Source of the DNA: Haliotis rufescens
Lineage: Eukaryota
Length of the DNA stretch: 64,000 bases
Direction: 5' to 3'
Assembly: GCF_023055435.1 (NCBI RefSeq)
Contig: NW_025963890.1
Location: forward strand, 53,010,001 to 53,074,000
The position numbers were made by a program, and so were the translations under genes. A model generated the notes under the pieces. The model did no database searches and was not told where the DNA came from. It worked only from the letters and a program-made list of their open reading frames with translations. Positions 36,627 through 48,900 of the stretch are shown here, one piece after another; the first letter of the stretch is position 1; every line of letters begins with the position of its first letter.

Positions 36627-38249
36627 TGTTCCATGGACGACTGTCCACACTCTGTGCAATATTATGTTGGACTTTATGTACAGGACATTTCTTACACATG
36701 CATCACTTTCATCAATACATATCTCATCCTTGTATCTTTCTTTCATTGACATTGGACGTCAGCAAATGACAACTGATCTTGATCACACTTATCCTACATA
36801 TACCTAGCAGAGATCTTGTGATCATGGCAAGATGTCCCTGTACCTGTGTAGAGGAAATCATGTTTATATCTGCCTTGTTTGTTATCTTGGGTTGTTAGTT
36901 GTGGCTTATTTTGTAGGCCCGTTACACTATTGTTTTTGTGAATGGATTTGACTGAAGATTTACTGACTGGACCAGGTTGTGGGGCTTGTATCATTACCTC
37001 ACTAGGGAGAGATGGCCGGCAGATGCTAACCCTGCTGTCATTTTGTTCCCTACTTAGACGGACGTGGTGGTGACGCGGCACTACACGTGGCAGTGTTGAT
37101 GACTAGTAATTGTACAAACGTTTCAGGAGACCTATAGCTTCGGAAACCCATTTCTCAGCAACCAATTATGAACACAATCAATCATGCCCATTCAAGATTT
37201 GTGCACAGACCCAGCTCATTACCCACCCAGTGCTTATGTCACAGTGCTACCACTCGAAGCCCTTGAAGGTACATCTTTACTGTCCCTTGCCCTATGTTGC
37301 CCTTGTGGGTAGAGAGATCATGTGTAATAACTGTGTGATATATCCACACATGCATTGATCGGTCAGTTGAAGCTAGTAAAGTCAGTGCTTTATTGTCGAG
37401 AAAAATATACGACATCATCCATTGTTCATGTGGTCACAAATTGATTACATTGTCATCTTAACAATAGACTACTTTCAGGGAAGTTCAAACTGTTTTTTTC
37501 TTCCCAAAGACTTGGGACTTGTAGAATTTTTCTATTCGGAATATTCTAAAGTAATACGTTACCAATTGTTATACCGAGGCTGTTGTCTCCCACAACTGCT
37601 CTTATATCGAAATCTACCACAGAGATCTCAATTACCTCATGCAGCACGTGCATAGCCACCTCAGCTGCCATGTGATACCTTTCACTCTTGTCTCTAGCGA
37701 GAGCAAGTGCTTGGGTGGGGGACGGTCGGGGGGGGGGGGGGGATCAGCCAAAGTGGTAACGTATTACTATAGAATATTCCGAATAGGAAAATTCTACAAA
37801 TTACCTTAAGTAATAAGTTACCACTTGTTATACCGAGGCTGATTACCACAGTAGGCGGTGGGGAGCACCTACAACCCGAACCTGACTGCTCGTGTTCCTA
37901 CCGACCAGCGGAAGTAAACAAGGCGGAAGCACTTGGTGCGCATGCTCCCAGCTTGGCGTTACCCTATAGGAATACCAAAGCACTGTCAAGCGCATACCGT
38001 AAGGCTCAATCGTCTTTGCCAAACGATTGGTGACTCCAAACGGCCTCACTGGATAGGTATTTCATCGCCGCAGCGGAGGATAACATAGTATCTGTGTGAG
38101 CTAAATCATATATCAGGTTAAACAGTCGGAAAGGGGGAAATTAATTTCATTCGGACCGTATATCCCAGAGCAAGCCTACTTCAAGTATGCATTGGGCGCA
38201 AGACCTAATTCCAGTATTTGTAAGCATGCATTACAAGGTTGGAATACAC

Positions 38250-39155
38250 AACAGAACGTAATCATCAGAAACCTTTCTGAGGTAATGATTGGCAAAAACC
38301 GAGTCAGAACGCCAGAAACAACCTCTCAATATTCTGTGAACAGAGATATTGGAGTGTAGGGCAAAAGTTGCCGCTAGCGCCCTGATCTCGTGCGGGTTTG
38401 ACCCTGCAACCGGTATCCCCTGAGACCAGTACGCCAGATTGATGACAGAACGAAGCCATAACGCAATCGAGTTGCAAGTTATGTCAGCAGTCTGATTAGG
38501 GTTACACGATATGAACAGACGGTCACGCCCTTGTCTGCGTTCATTCGAGGGCTTAAAATAATATTTAAGGGCCCTAACCGGACACAGTGATCTGTCCTCA
38601 GTATCAGCAGGATGTAAGATTTCCTTGAGTGATCTTACAGTGAATTCTCTCTCCGTTTGGCCAAATTTCTGATTCTTTGCTCCTTCGTCGCCCCTATCGA
38701 ATCATACTTCAGTGACATCGAGTGCATGAATCTCAGACACTCGTGCCGCCGTGGCAAAGGAGAGGAGAAATGCTGTTTTCCAAGTCACATGCCGAAACGA
38801 AGCACTACTCAAGGGTTCATACGGAGCTTTCCAAAGTGATTTCAACACTAAGGTAAGATACCAGGCCGGAGCCCGAAGGTGGCCTTTCTTAAGATCTTGC
38901 TGTTTGAAACCCTTGATAATACCCCGAATCACCGGCTCTTTTGAGAGACCCATACCCATAGCAACGTCCTGTACTGTAGCAACGGAAGAGACATAGTTGG
39001 CAATGGAACCCCCGGAGAGTTTCTGGGTCTCTCGTAAGTGAGACATGAAACGAGCAATATCCTGCACAGATAATTATCTGGCGAATGAATGTGATGTTTG
39101 CAACACCACTTCGTGAAAAACCTTTACTCCTCAGTCGCTCGGTGACAACATCCAC
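38250..39155 (-). pseudogene. DIRS tyrosine recombinase, disrupted
   Basis: KTAFLLSFATAARVSEIHAL, LCPVRALKYY and HEIRALAAT...FWRSDSVFANHYLR contain the catalytic R, HxxR, W and Y. Interrupted by a stop/frameshift near 38702. Confidence 0.85.
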
Positions 39156-39189
39156 GCGTGCAGATTGAACTGCCCTGTGTTTGGATGAA

Positions 39190-40435
39190 GTTTACGGGTG
39201 TTAGGGTGGATCAGTAGATCCGGTCTCAGAGTCAGTGGAATTGGCTACTGCGTGACCTGGGGTCGGGGTACCACGATCTGTTCGGCCACATGGGCGTGAT
39301 CAGCAACATTCGACAGCAAACTCCTCGGAGCCGGCTTAGAATGAGTGGTATTTACGTGTCGGCGGGTAAGCATAAGCGTCCATGCCCGTCCAGTCTAACG
39401 CGTGAGCATCGTGATCGATGGCCCTCGAGTCCGGGACTGGTGATACAAACAACGAACCTGGTTGCGAACAGGTCGACCATTGGACGACCCAGACCTTCGC
39501 ACAGCCACTGAAAAACTACTTGATTGAGCATCCACTCCGTTGGGCTCGGATTCCGAGGCTTCGACAGTGCGACTGCCAGTTCGTTCCGCACACCAGGAAG
39601 ATGGGCGCGTACCTGGCACGGGATACTGTCCACCAGAGCGTAAAACTCGAACGTTAGACCAAGTAGTGAGTGACTGTGGGTTCCCCCCAGTTTGTTCACA
39701 CGTGTGTGAACTGACCTCCGATGAACTTCAAGTTCTGTTAGGGGGTTAACTCGCTCTTGGGGAGATTGACAATCCACCCCAATTGCTCCAAGAGCCGAAG
39801 GGCGAGATCGAGTTGACGAGACAGCACATCTGTCATCCGATTCGCCACTAGCGAGTTGTCCAGGGAGCGGATGATAGGCGGAATGGGAGTGCTACCCACT
39901 CGTAATGCCTGCCTTGAAAGACAAACCTGAGATACTTGTGATGGTCCGGATGGATCGGAACATGCAGATAAGCATCCTTCAGGTCGATCGATGCGAGCCA
40001 GTCGGCGGGCATGATCAGAGCTTTCCGGTCCGCCAAGGTCAACATTCTGAACTTGGGCGGCTTGTCCAGGTAAAACCCGTTGAATGACTTCAAATTGTGA
40101 ATCATTCTGATTTTGGCACTGTCCTTCTTGGGTACGAGAAATATCCTGGAGTAAAACCCCGGTGTTATTTCTGGTAGGGCCAACTCCCGTACCGCCCTCT
40201 TCTCCACCAACCTGCTGATATCGGAAGATCGGTTTCCGAACAGAAACCTTCCAACGGGGCAACGGTGAGCGGCGGATCCGCTTTCAGATCTAGCCGATAG
40301 CCGTACCGGATCGTGTTGACCACCCACGGGTCGTCGAACACTTGTTCCCAGTTCTCCCAGTAAGTCTGGAGGCTCCCACTGGGGAAGGAGAGGGGGGCCT
40401 GACAGGCTGCGGCAGGCACAACTGTCCAGGGCCAA
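39190..40435 (-). pseudogene. DIRS pol (RT, RNase H, N6-adenine MTase-like), disrupted
   Basis: GFYSRIFLVPKKD, IDLKDAYLHVPI and LPFRLSSAP are present, but the YxDD segment is missing (internal deletion) and the frame resumes at LEQLGWIVNLPKSELTP. RNase H HLPGVRNELAVALS; MTase DLFAT...YAYPP...PMWPNRSWYP. Stops and frameshifts throughout. Confidence 0.85.
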
Positions 40436-40655
40436 GTGACTCGGGCTCGCCTACGGGCCAACCGAAGTTGACGCTGCCGGCATATGAACCCCTCCAGTGA
40501 GAGTCACCTGGACTTGCCGTCCCCCAGTTCCCCTTCTTCCGACGAAAGGGCTGCTAAATGCCCTTACCAGAGCCCTCAGGGCGGGGCTTCTTCCCGGAAG
40601 AAGGTCCCGACCCCTTAGACTTGCCGGCCGCAGCTTAGGGGCAGCACCCAGGCAT

Positions 40656-41610
40656 CTATGCAGGGTCCCAACAAAGATCGAGTGTGTGCCGAGAGGCTTC
40701 GGCAGACGAAGAAGCCTGTTGTTCTTTCAGAACCCCAGGGAATTTGTTGTTAAAAAGGGTCCACGCAGACCAAGGCTGCGAAAGGAGCACTTCCTGGTTG
40801 GCAGCGTCCAACCCCGAAGCGGCAAGATACGCTTGGCGCCTCAGAAAATGGCACGTGCATGAAAGAAAGGCCGAAGCCACGGCAACGTACTCAAGGGAAG
40901 CATTTAAACTGAGCAAGCAGTTGTAAATGCGCTGATCTCGGTCCAAGTACGTGTCTCCGTGAGACATGGCAAGCATGGAGCACTGAGCGAGGGTGTCCAG
41001 CTGCTGCAAGGTTGATGCGGGGAAAGCCTTGTCGGAAGACTCCTCGAATACCTCAGCTGAACCCACGGAGCCGTGGATTCCCCGTGGTTCCGACAGGGGC
41101 TTAGGCATGTCCTCAAAGAGGGCATATACCATAGCCACGCGGTCCTTAACCGATAGCAACGGTTCGGGGGAAGGACCGGTGACCACGGAAGCCGCCAACG
41201 TACCGGTGGACCCCGCGGCCACCAAAGAGGCCGGGGACGGAACAGCCAGCGGCCTATCCTGAGATAAGGCCGCCAGCTTGGAGTCCACAAGTCGAGAAAG
41301 TAATGCTGTGACGGAATCCCCGGACAGCCCAAGGGCCGCAAAGGGATCCGCCGCAGCTATGGAGGTGGTACCCGCAAGGGGACACCGACTGGACGAGCCG
41401 GCCACCACAAGGGTGGAAACAGACTTCACGTACAGCCTGTAGCGCTCGAACGCCTCAGGCCCCAGACCCTCGCACAGGGCGCACCGGGTGTCCCCGCAAG
41501 GAACCCTGAACCGCGGGCAATGATCGTGGGGATCCCGAGAAGAGAGGAATTTACAGCACCTCCCGTAACTCCTGGTTGCAGGGGTGGAGGACGGCGAGAC
41601 TTCAAAGAGT
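40656..41610 (-). pseudogene. DIRS gag-like ORF1 with N-terminal Cys/His finger
   Basis: An open frame upstream of the ORF-track call reads CCKFLSSRDPHDHCPRFRVPCGDTRCALCEGL, followed by an Ala/Pro/Ser-rich region. Confidence 0.7.
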
Positions 41611-44600
41611 GAAGGGTGTCACATGGCAGCTGAGGTGGCTACACACGTGCTGCATGAGGTAATTGAGATCTCTTTGGTAGATTTTGCTATAAGAGCAGTT
41701 GTGGGAGACAACAGCCTCGGTATAACAAGTTGTAACGTATTACTTAATGTAATTTAACCATTCATGAGGGACGTATAATCTGTAATTTCTCACAGTTCAT
41801 TCTCTGAATAAGGTATCGTCAATCCCGATGATTGCCTAATGTATAGAACAGATATGATCACCATCTGAACCCACACGTCAGTGCGTGTCAAGCCACATAT
41901 TTCCAAAACACCAACCCTGAGAAGATCAGGGCGAGAACTGGTCTTCAGCAACCCATGCTTGTAGTATGAGGCGACTAATGAGGTCAGGCTCGCTGACTTG
42001 ATTGATGCATGTCATCGTATCCCAGTTGCGTGGATTGATGTTGGTAACTGGATTTACCAACTGCCATCATATAGCTGGAATAATTCCGAGTGCGATGTTG
42101 ACAAAAGACCACGCAACCAACCAGCAAAAGTCCACATTTTAAAATAAATTGCTACATCACTGTTACATGCCAAAGATAGACGTTATTTTGCAAGATAATT
42201 CATTTGTTGGTAAGCAAGTCCCAGCGGCCTTTTAGGATACCTCGGGGCGGTGAGATAGCGTTACCACAGCTGGTATTATCATTATTATGATGATGATGTA
42301 TCACAGTGATTGTTTTGTACATATTCGTTGTACTTCCCAGATGATATGTACATACTTATTGTTCAAATGTATATATTTTCCAGAATAAAATATTGACAAT
42401 ACCATGTCATTTTGTTCAATCAGATTAATAATTTCGAAAGTCACGGTAGAATATGAAACTACAATCTTCGCTCTGGTTGTCGTCTCTGGACTGGTGTAGA
42501 ACCCCACATAGGAGATGAAAATGTGCACAGTATTATTTTTTTTAATATATATACAGAACATTGTATCATGACATGAAAAACAAATGGTAGCTTTAACATA
42601 CACAACACAGAATCACAAGAATACGCAAATATATGTGGAGCTGCAAGGAGTGTGTGACTAGTTGCCATGGTTACTGCTCAGTCAATAGTGCTGTAAAGTT
42701 ATATGACCTAGATTATACGAAGTAAAATAGTAGTTATATATATCAAACTTCTTTTCCGTTATATTTTTCGGTATGTTTTAACGTAATCACTGGAAAATAT
42801 AAGAAAATTTGTGTACAGCTGATTGCTATTTCCGGCTTAGTTTACAAAACAATACACACGGTAATCTTAACCCGTGCATTTTAAACCATGCCTAGAACCA
42901 TCATGTTAAGTGATGTTTAATTGCAAATTTTCATTGACATAGTTTGTTATAGTGTTGTTCATTCACCTGAAGTGATACAATGAAGTTGTTTTTTACCAAC
43001 AATAAGATTTTGATGAAAGTGTAACCTTGACATAGGCCGACCCCCTTCTACAAAATATTTTCTCTTGTCCTCAAAATCTGGCTTATCTATGGTCATATGC
43101 GGTTATGAGAATAACTGGAAGTATCACTGCTTTATCCTAACTAGAGTCATCAACTTGACCTTTACAGAGTTCAACACTGCTTGACAGCTCTAGGTCAGTT
43201 CACATTCATTCTAGAGATTTAATACATGTGCTCATTGGCTAACAGTATGCAAATGACAAAGAATCCACATTTATTTGTTTATTTATGAGTCGGGGTGAAA
43301 TAACGGATGCTGTGATAAAAGCCAAATACATTACAATTACAAAACTGAAATAACAGAAAATAGTGCCAAGGGTACTGTAGTTCACCTTGACATGGAGTGA
43401 ACAGTTTCAAATGTCAACAAAGATGCAGCTGAAGAAACTACAATGTCAACATGAGGAACATACATGCCACAGTTCAGCCTCTTGTCAGTTTCAGGAGAGA
43501 GGTTGACAGAGCCAAGATTTATGCCTTTGACAATATGAGAGAATGGTCAAAATTTGGTAAATTTTTAAGATAGTGCAAAAACATTGAACATGTCTGTTGA
43601 GCCCCACTACTAACTACACACACCAAATTTAATTCCATTTGAGAAGAAAGGGCTGGGTAACAGACACACAGAGGTGTTTCAATAGGGCTGGCCATATAGA
43701 ACTTTGGATTCAAGCATGGTCAACATGCAAAGTAAAAAATCAAATTTCAGCATTTGTGTTGAGCCAACTACTAATTACACAATTTACTTACATTCTGAAC
43801 AGAAATGGCTGAGTAATGGCCATATGTAGTTTCAGCTTTCAGTGTAGTTGAAGAGCCAAAGTCAAATCTACATCATAATTTAAAATATCGCAAACAAGGA
43901 AACATATATACTACTTCTAACTATGCAGGTCAATTTCGTATCCATTTTGAAAAAAACCCGTCTTTGAGTAATGTCCATAATAGTTCTGTCAATATGGTTG
44001 CTGTGGTACATCTTCTTGAGGCAAGGGTGAGTGAGTGAGTTCGGTTTTACGTCGCTTTTAACAGTATTCCAGTTATATTGCTGTTTGTCAGCTTAATGTG
44101 GGAGGAAAGCCCGAAGTAATGCAGACATTTACCACTTCGGTGAAACCCACGAGCACGGGTATGGTGCTGACAAACCTAGAAACATCATTGGGGCGAACTG
44201 GGATTTGAACCCACAATCATAGGTTTCTGGCGTGCCCAAGGGACGCAGCCTTAGATGACTGGGCAGTGGAGTTAACTGACTGTACATGTCCAGTTTCCAC
44301 CATTGCAAAACTAGGCTGGGATTATGGAGTTATAGTTTGGCTGGACTAACGAGTCTATGCATAGTCCTATCAAAATCACCCAACAAAATTGACATCCGGA
44401 TGTAAACAACATGGATTTCAATATGCAGATTTCGGTCGACTGCAGGATTTGCAAAGCATGTGTACTGCCAACTGGGTGTCGACAGATATTTTCCAAATCT
44501 TGTCATGTTTTTAATCAAGTTTCTCAAATGATTTGATATACTTCGTGAGGTAAGACCCGTTTTATGACAATATAGATCTTGATTGATCGTCTTGTTTGGA

Positions 44601-44949
44601 TGCTGCCATTTTGTTAGAAGCAAATGCAAATGATATGAGAAGTGGAATCTGACTGGTCAACAGGAGGGTAACTCAAAATAACCACTGGTGGTGCTACGAT
44701 CGAGCCCAGGAATTCCAGCCTAGTTTGGCAACAGTGGAAACTGGACTTTTAAAGTCAGTTAACTCTCTTGCCTCGCGAAGATGCGGGACGATGACTGTGG
44801 TATATTCAGCCAGGTTGATGCAGCATCAGTGCACATGTAAACACACAAAGTATTGGCCCACAGTGGCTGATTTTATCCTTGCAGGTGATACATAGTGTAT
44901 CAGCAAGTCCGTACTACACAGCGTTACTTTCCTACTCCCGAGACTTTAT

Positions 44950-45431
44950 CAATCTCATTAAAATCAGATCTTAGTTCTTGCTATCGCTAAACAAAGATCT
45001 GAGGACATCCCATTACGGGTCACGTCAGACTGACCTTTCATCTAACCAATCAGAGCGTCGCAAACCAGATCATGTTAGTGACAGTCGGAATGTGTTTTCA
45101 ACAACGAAATATTTAACACGGGGTATTCCGAACGACAGTTACAGGTTTTATGATTATATCCATTACAATCTAGGCCATCTATGAGCCATTCCAGAATGTT
45201 CTTCTTATCAGCTTTAAATTTTTTAATCAATAATACATAGTCGCCAGTTTGAAACTAGTGTCTTAAAGCTCGAGAAAGCTGCCTTCTGATTGGCTAAATT
45301 CGATTTCTTGTCAGTCATTTCATTGGTCGGTAAAAATTTGCGAAAGGTCGTTCTGACGTGACCCGTAATGGGATGTCCTCAGATCTTTGTTTAGTGGTAG
45401 CGAAAACTAAGATCTGATTTTAATGAGATTG
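44950..45431. mobile_element. MITE with about 80-bp TIRs and 10-bp TSD (Mutator-like by TSD length)
   Basis: CAATCTCATTAAAATCAGATCTTAG...GGGTCACGTCAGA with its reverse complement at the right end. TSD GAGACTTTAT at 44940 and 45432. Confidence 0.85.
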
Positions 45432-45931
45432 GAGACTTTATCATCATCATATTGTGGATGGTGAAGCCTCTTATGCAGTATTTCTAATGGTGCCATGAAG
45501 CACACTGACTGGCTGGCCACTGAACCATGTTTGTTGCTAGGTTTAAACTAGAAAAGACAATAAATATTTTAAATTGGAACAATCAACTACTGGCTGCTTT
45601 ATCCTATTTATCAATTGTTATTCAACTGAGCAAAGTGACATACACAAAAACTATACATGGAACTTTATTTTAACCAACCAAACAACACATTTCTTAATAT
45701 ATTTATCCATTTGCCCAACACGATGACCAACATTACTGGTACCCAACTTTCAGCGGCAGTTTCTGTGGCTGCTTGGCGAGACTCCACGCCCTCATCCCTG
45801 GTCAACAGAATGTTTTTCCTTCATGGTGTTAGAGCAGATCTGTTGAACTACCACACTGTTACAGCTCCATTTATCCATATCTCTCACACAGCCACAGAGT
45901 AAAGCAGTCCCCTTGATCAACACCCCGATCT

Positions 45932-48900
45932 TCACCTGCCATCGATGTGCTTATCCCGGGCAATAACAGATTCATCAAATTTGATCATGAAGGTGGTCCC
46001 CTTGTGCCAGTGGACGGTGACCTTGGCAGGCTGAAACAGAGAGCGTCATTCTGGAATTGACAAGCTTACACGTCCGGATCAGATGTCAGTAACTATGGAT
46101 ACCAGATAAAAAAAAAAGAGTCATCAGGAGATGACATATCCCGCTGTTCTGGTGTAATTCGGAAATGTTTGGCTACTAATACCCCACTTTTGTTTCTTTG
46201 CCAATTTGATACCTTCAGTTCAGTGAAGAAAAAGATAATGCTGTTCAGTATTTTTCAAAATCCAAAATCATCAAAAGGTGCCAGTTCACCACTAGACTGA
46301 TCTGCATAGAAAGTTTCAACAAGAAATATTCAACGGTATTGGAGTTCTGCTCCAGAAACCAGCACAATCCTTATTTTCAGTAAAGTCCAACTTGTCACCA
46401 TGAAAACATAAAAAAATCAACAACAAAAAAAAATCCCAAATCATCAAAAGGCGCTATGTTCACCACTAGTCTCCTCTGAATAGCAAGTTTCAAAGAAATA
46501 TTTAATGGTTTTGAAGTTGTGCTCTGGAAACATAAAAAACAACTTGTTTTCATCATGAAAATCATGAAAGAAAACAAAATATAAAGAACAAAATCCCAAA
46601 TCATCAAAAGGCACCAGTTCCCCACTAGACTGATCTGCATAGAAAGTTTCAACAAGAAATATCTAACAGTTCTGGAGTCCGGCTGACGGACATGGTGATT
46701 GCAATATCCCCCTTTTTTAAACAACAATAAAACAAAACGTCCATTATTTCCAACCCTAAACTCAAAAGTTCTGCTCAGGTACAATTACTGTACGTTTTAG
46801 GCCTGATAATTCATAACATTCATAAAGGCAAAAAGAAAACACTCACAAAATTTGCCCCATTTAATACTGCTTCCAGGATCCCAGCTGTAAATGCTGCACA
46901 GTTCAAGTTGCCTGCAACACAAAGTCACAGTCAGATCCACGGATACCTGGACAACACACCATCACACACTGATTGTCAACACATCCCCTCTCAACCCTCA
47001 CAAAGTCACAGATCCACGGATACCTGGACAACACACCATCACACACTGATTGTCAACACATCCCCTCTCAACCTCACAAAGTCACAGTCAGATCCACGGA
47101 TACCTGGACAACACACCATCACACACTGATTGTCAACACATCCCCTCTCACCCTCACAAAGTCACAGTCAGATCCACGGATACCTGGACAACACACCATC
47201 ACACACTGATTGTCAACACATCCCCTCTCAACCTCACAAAGTCACAGTCAGATCCACGGGTACCTGGACAACACACCATCACACACTGATTGTCAACACA
47301 TCCCCTCTCAACCTGAGAAAGCCACAGTCAGATCCACGGGTACCTGGACAACACACCATCACACACTGATTGTCAACACATCCCCTCTCAACCTCACAAA
47401 GTCACAGTCAGATCCACGGGTACCTGGACAACACACCATCACACACTGATTGTCAACACATCCCCTCTCAACCTGAGAAAGCCACAGTCAGATCCACAGG
47501 TACCTGGACAACACACCATCACACACTGATTGTCAACACATCCCCTCTCACCCTCACAAAGTCACAGTCAGATCCACGGATATCTGGACAACACACCATC
47601 ACACACTGATTGTCAACACATCCCCTCTCACCCTCACAAAGTCACAGTCAGATCCACGGATACCTGGACAACACACCATCACACACTGATTGTCAACACA
47701 TCCCCTCTCACCCTCACAAAGTCACAGTCAGATCCACGGATACCTGGACAACACACCATCACACACTGATTGTCAACACATCCCCTCTCAACCTCACAAA
47801 GTCACAGTCAGATCCACGGATACCTGGACAACACACCATCACACACTGATTGTCAACACATCCCCTCTCAACCATCACAAAGTCACAGTCAGATCCACGG
47901 GTACCTGGACAACACACCATCACACACTGATTGTCAACACATCCCCTCTCAACCTCACAAAGTCACAGTCAGATCCACGGATACCTGGACAACACACCAT
48001 CACACACTGATTGTCAACACATCCCCTCTCACCCTCACAAAGTCACAGTCAGATCCACGGGTACCTGGACAACACACCATCACACACTGATTGTCAACAC
48101 ATCCCCTCTCAACCTCACAAAGTCACAGTCAGATCCACGGGTACCTGGACAACACACCATCACACACTGATTGTCAACACATCCCCTCTCAACCTGAGAA
48201 AGTCACAGTCAGATCCACGGGTACCTGGACAACACACCATCACACACTGATTGTCAACACATCCCCTCTCACCCTCACAAAGTCACAGTCAGATCCACGG
48301 GTACCTGGACAACACACCATCACACACTGATTGTCAACACATCCCCCTCTCAACCTGAGAAAGTCACAGTCAGATCCACGGGTACCTGGACAACACACCA
48401 TCACACACTGATTGTCAACACATCCCCTCTCAACCTCACAAAGTCACAGTCAGATCCACGGGTACCTGGACAACACACCATCACACACTGATTGTCAACA
48501 CGTCACAGTCAGATCCACGGGTACCTGGACAACACACCATCACACACTGATTGTCAACACATCCCCTCTCAACCTCACAAAGTCACAGTCAGATCCACGG
48601 GTACCTGGACAACACACCATCACACACTGATTGTCAACACATCCCCTCTCAACCTCACAAAGTCACAGTCAGATCCACAGGTACCTGGACAACACACCAT
48701 CACACACTGATTGTCAACACATCCCCTCTCAACCTCACAAAGTCACAGTCAGATCCACGGGTACCTGGACAACACACCATCACACACTGATTGTCAACAC
48801 ATCCCCTCTCAACCTGAGAAAGTCACAGTCAGATCCACGGGTACCTGGACAACACACCATCACACACTGATTGTCAACACATCCCCTCTCAACCATCACA

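Larger units (their letters stand above)
37519..41755 (-). mobile_element. DIRS1-like tyrosine-recombinase retrotransposon, full-length outline but degenerate
   Basis: Inverted terminal repeats of about 140 bp (37548-37690 and 41605-41747). Internal complementary region 37754-37841 matches both termini. Gag, RT, RNase H, methyltransferase and YR remnants lie in order on the minus strand. No TSD. Confidence 0.93.

Noticed and set aside
41620-41626. ATG-TGA in frame with the DIRS gag ORF, as possible readthrough
   Set aside because: It lies in the terminal repeat of a degenerate element, with no supporting signal.
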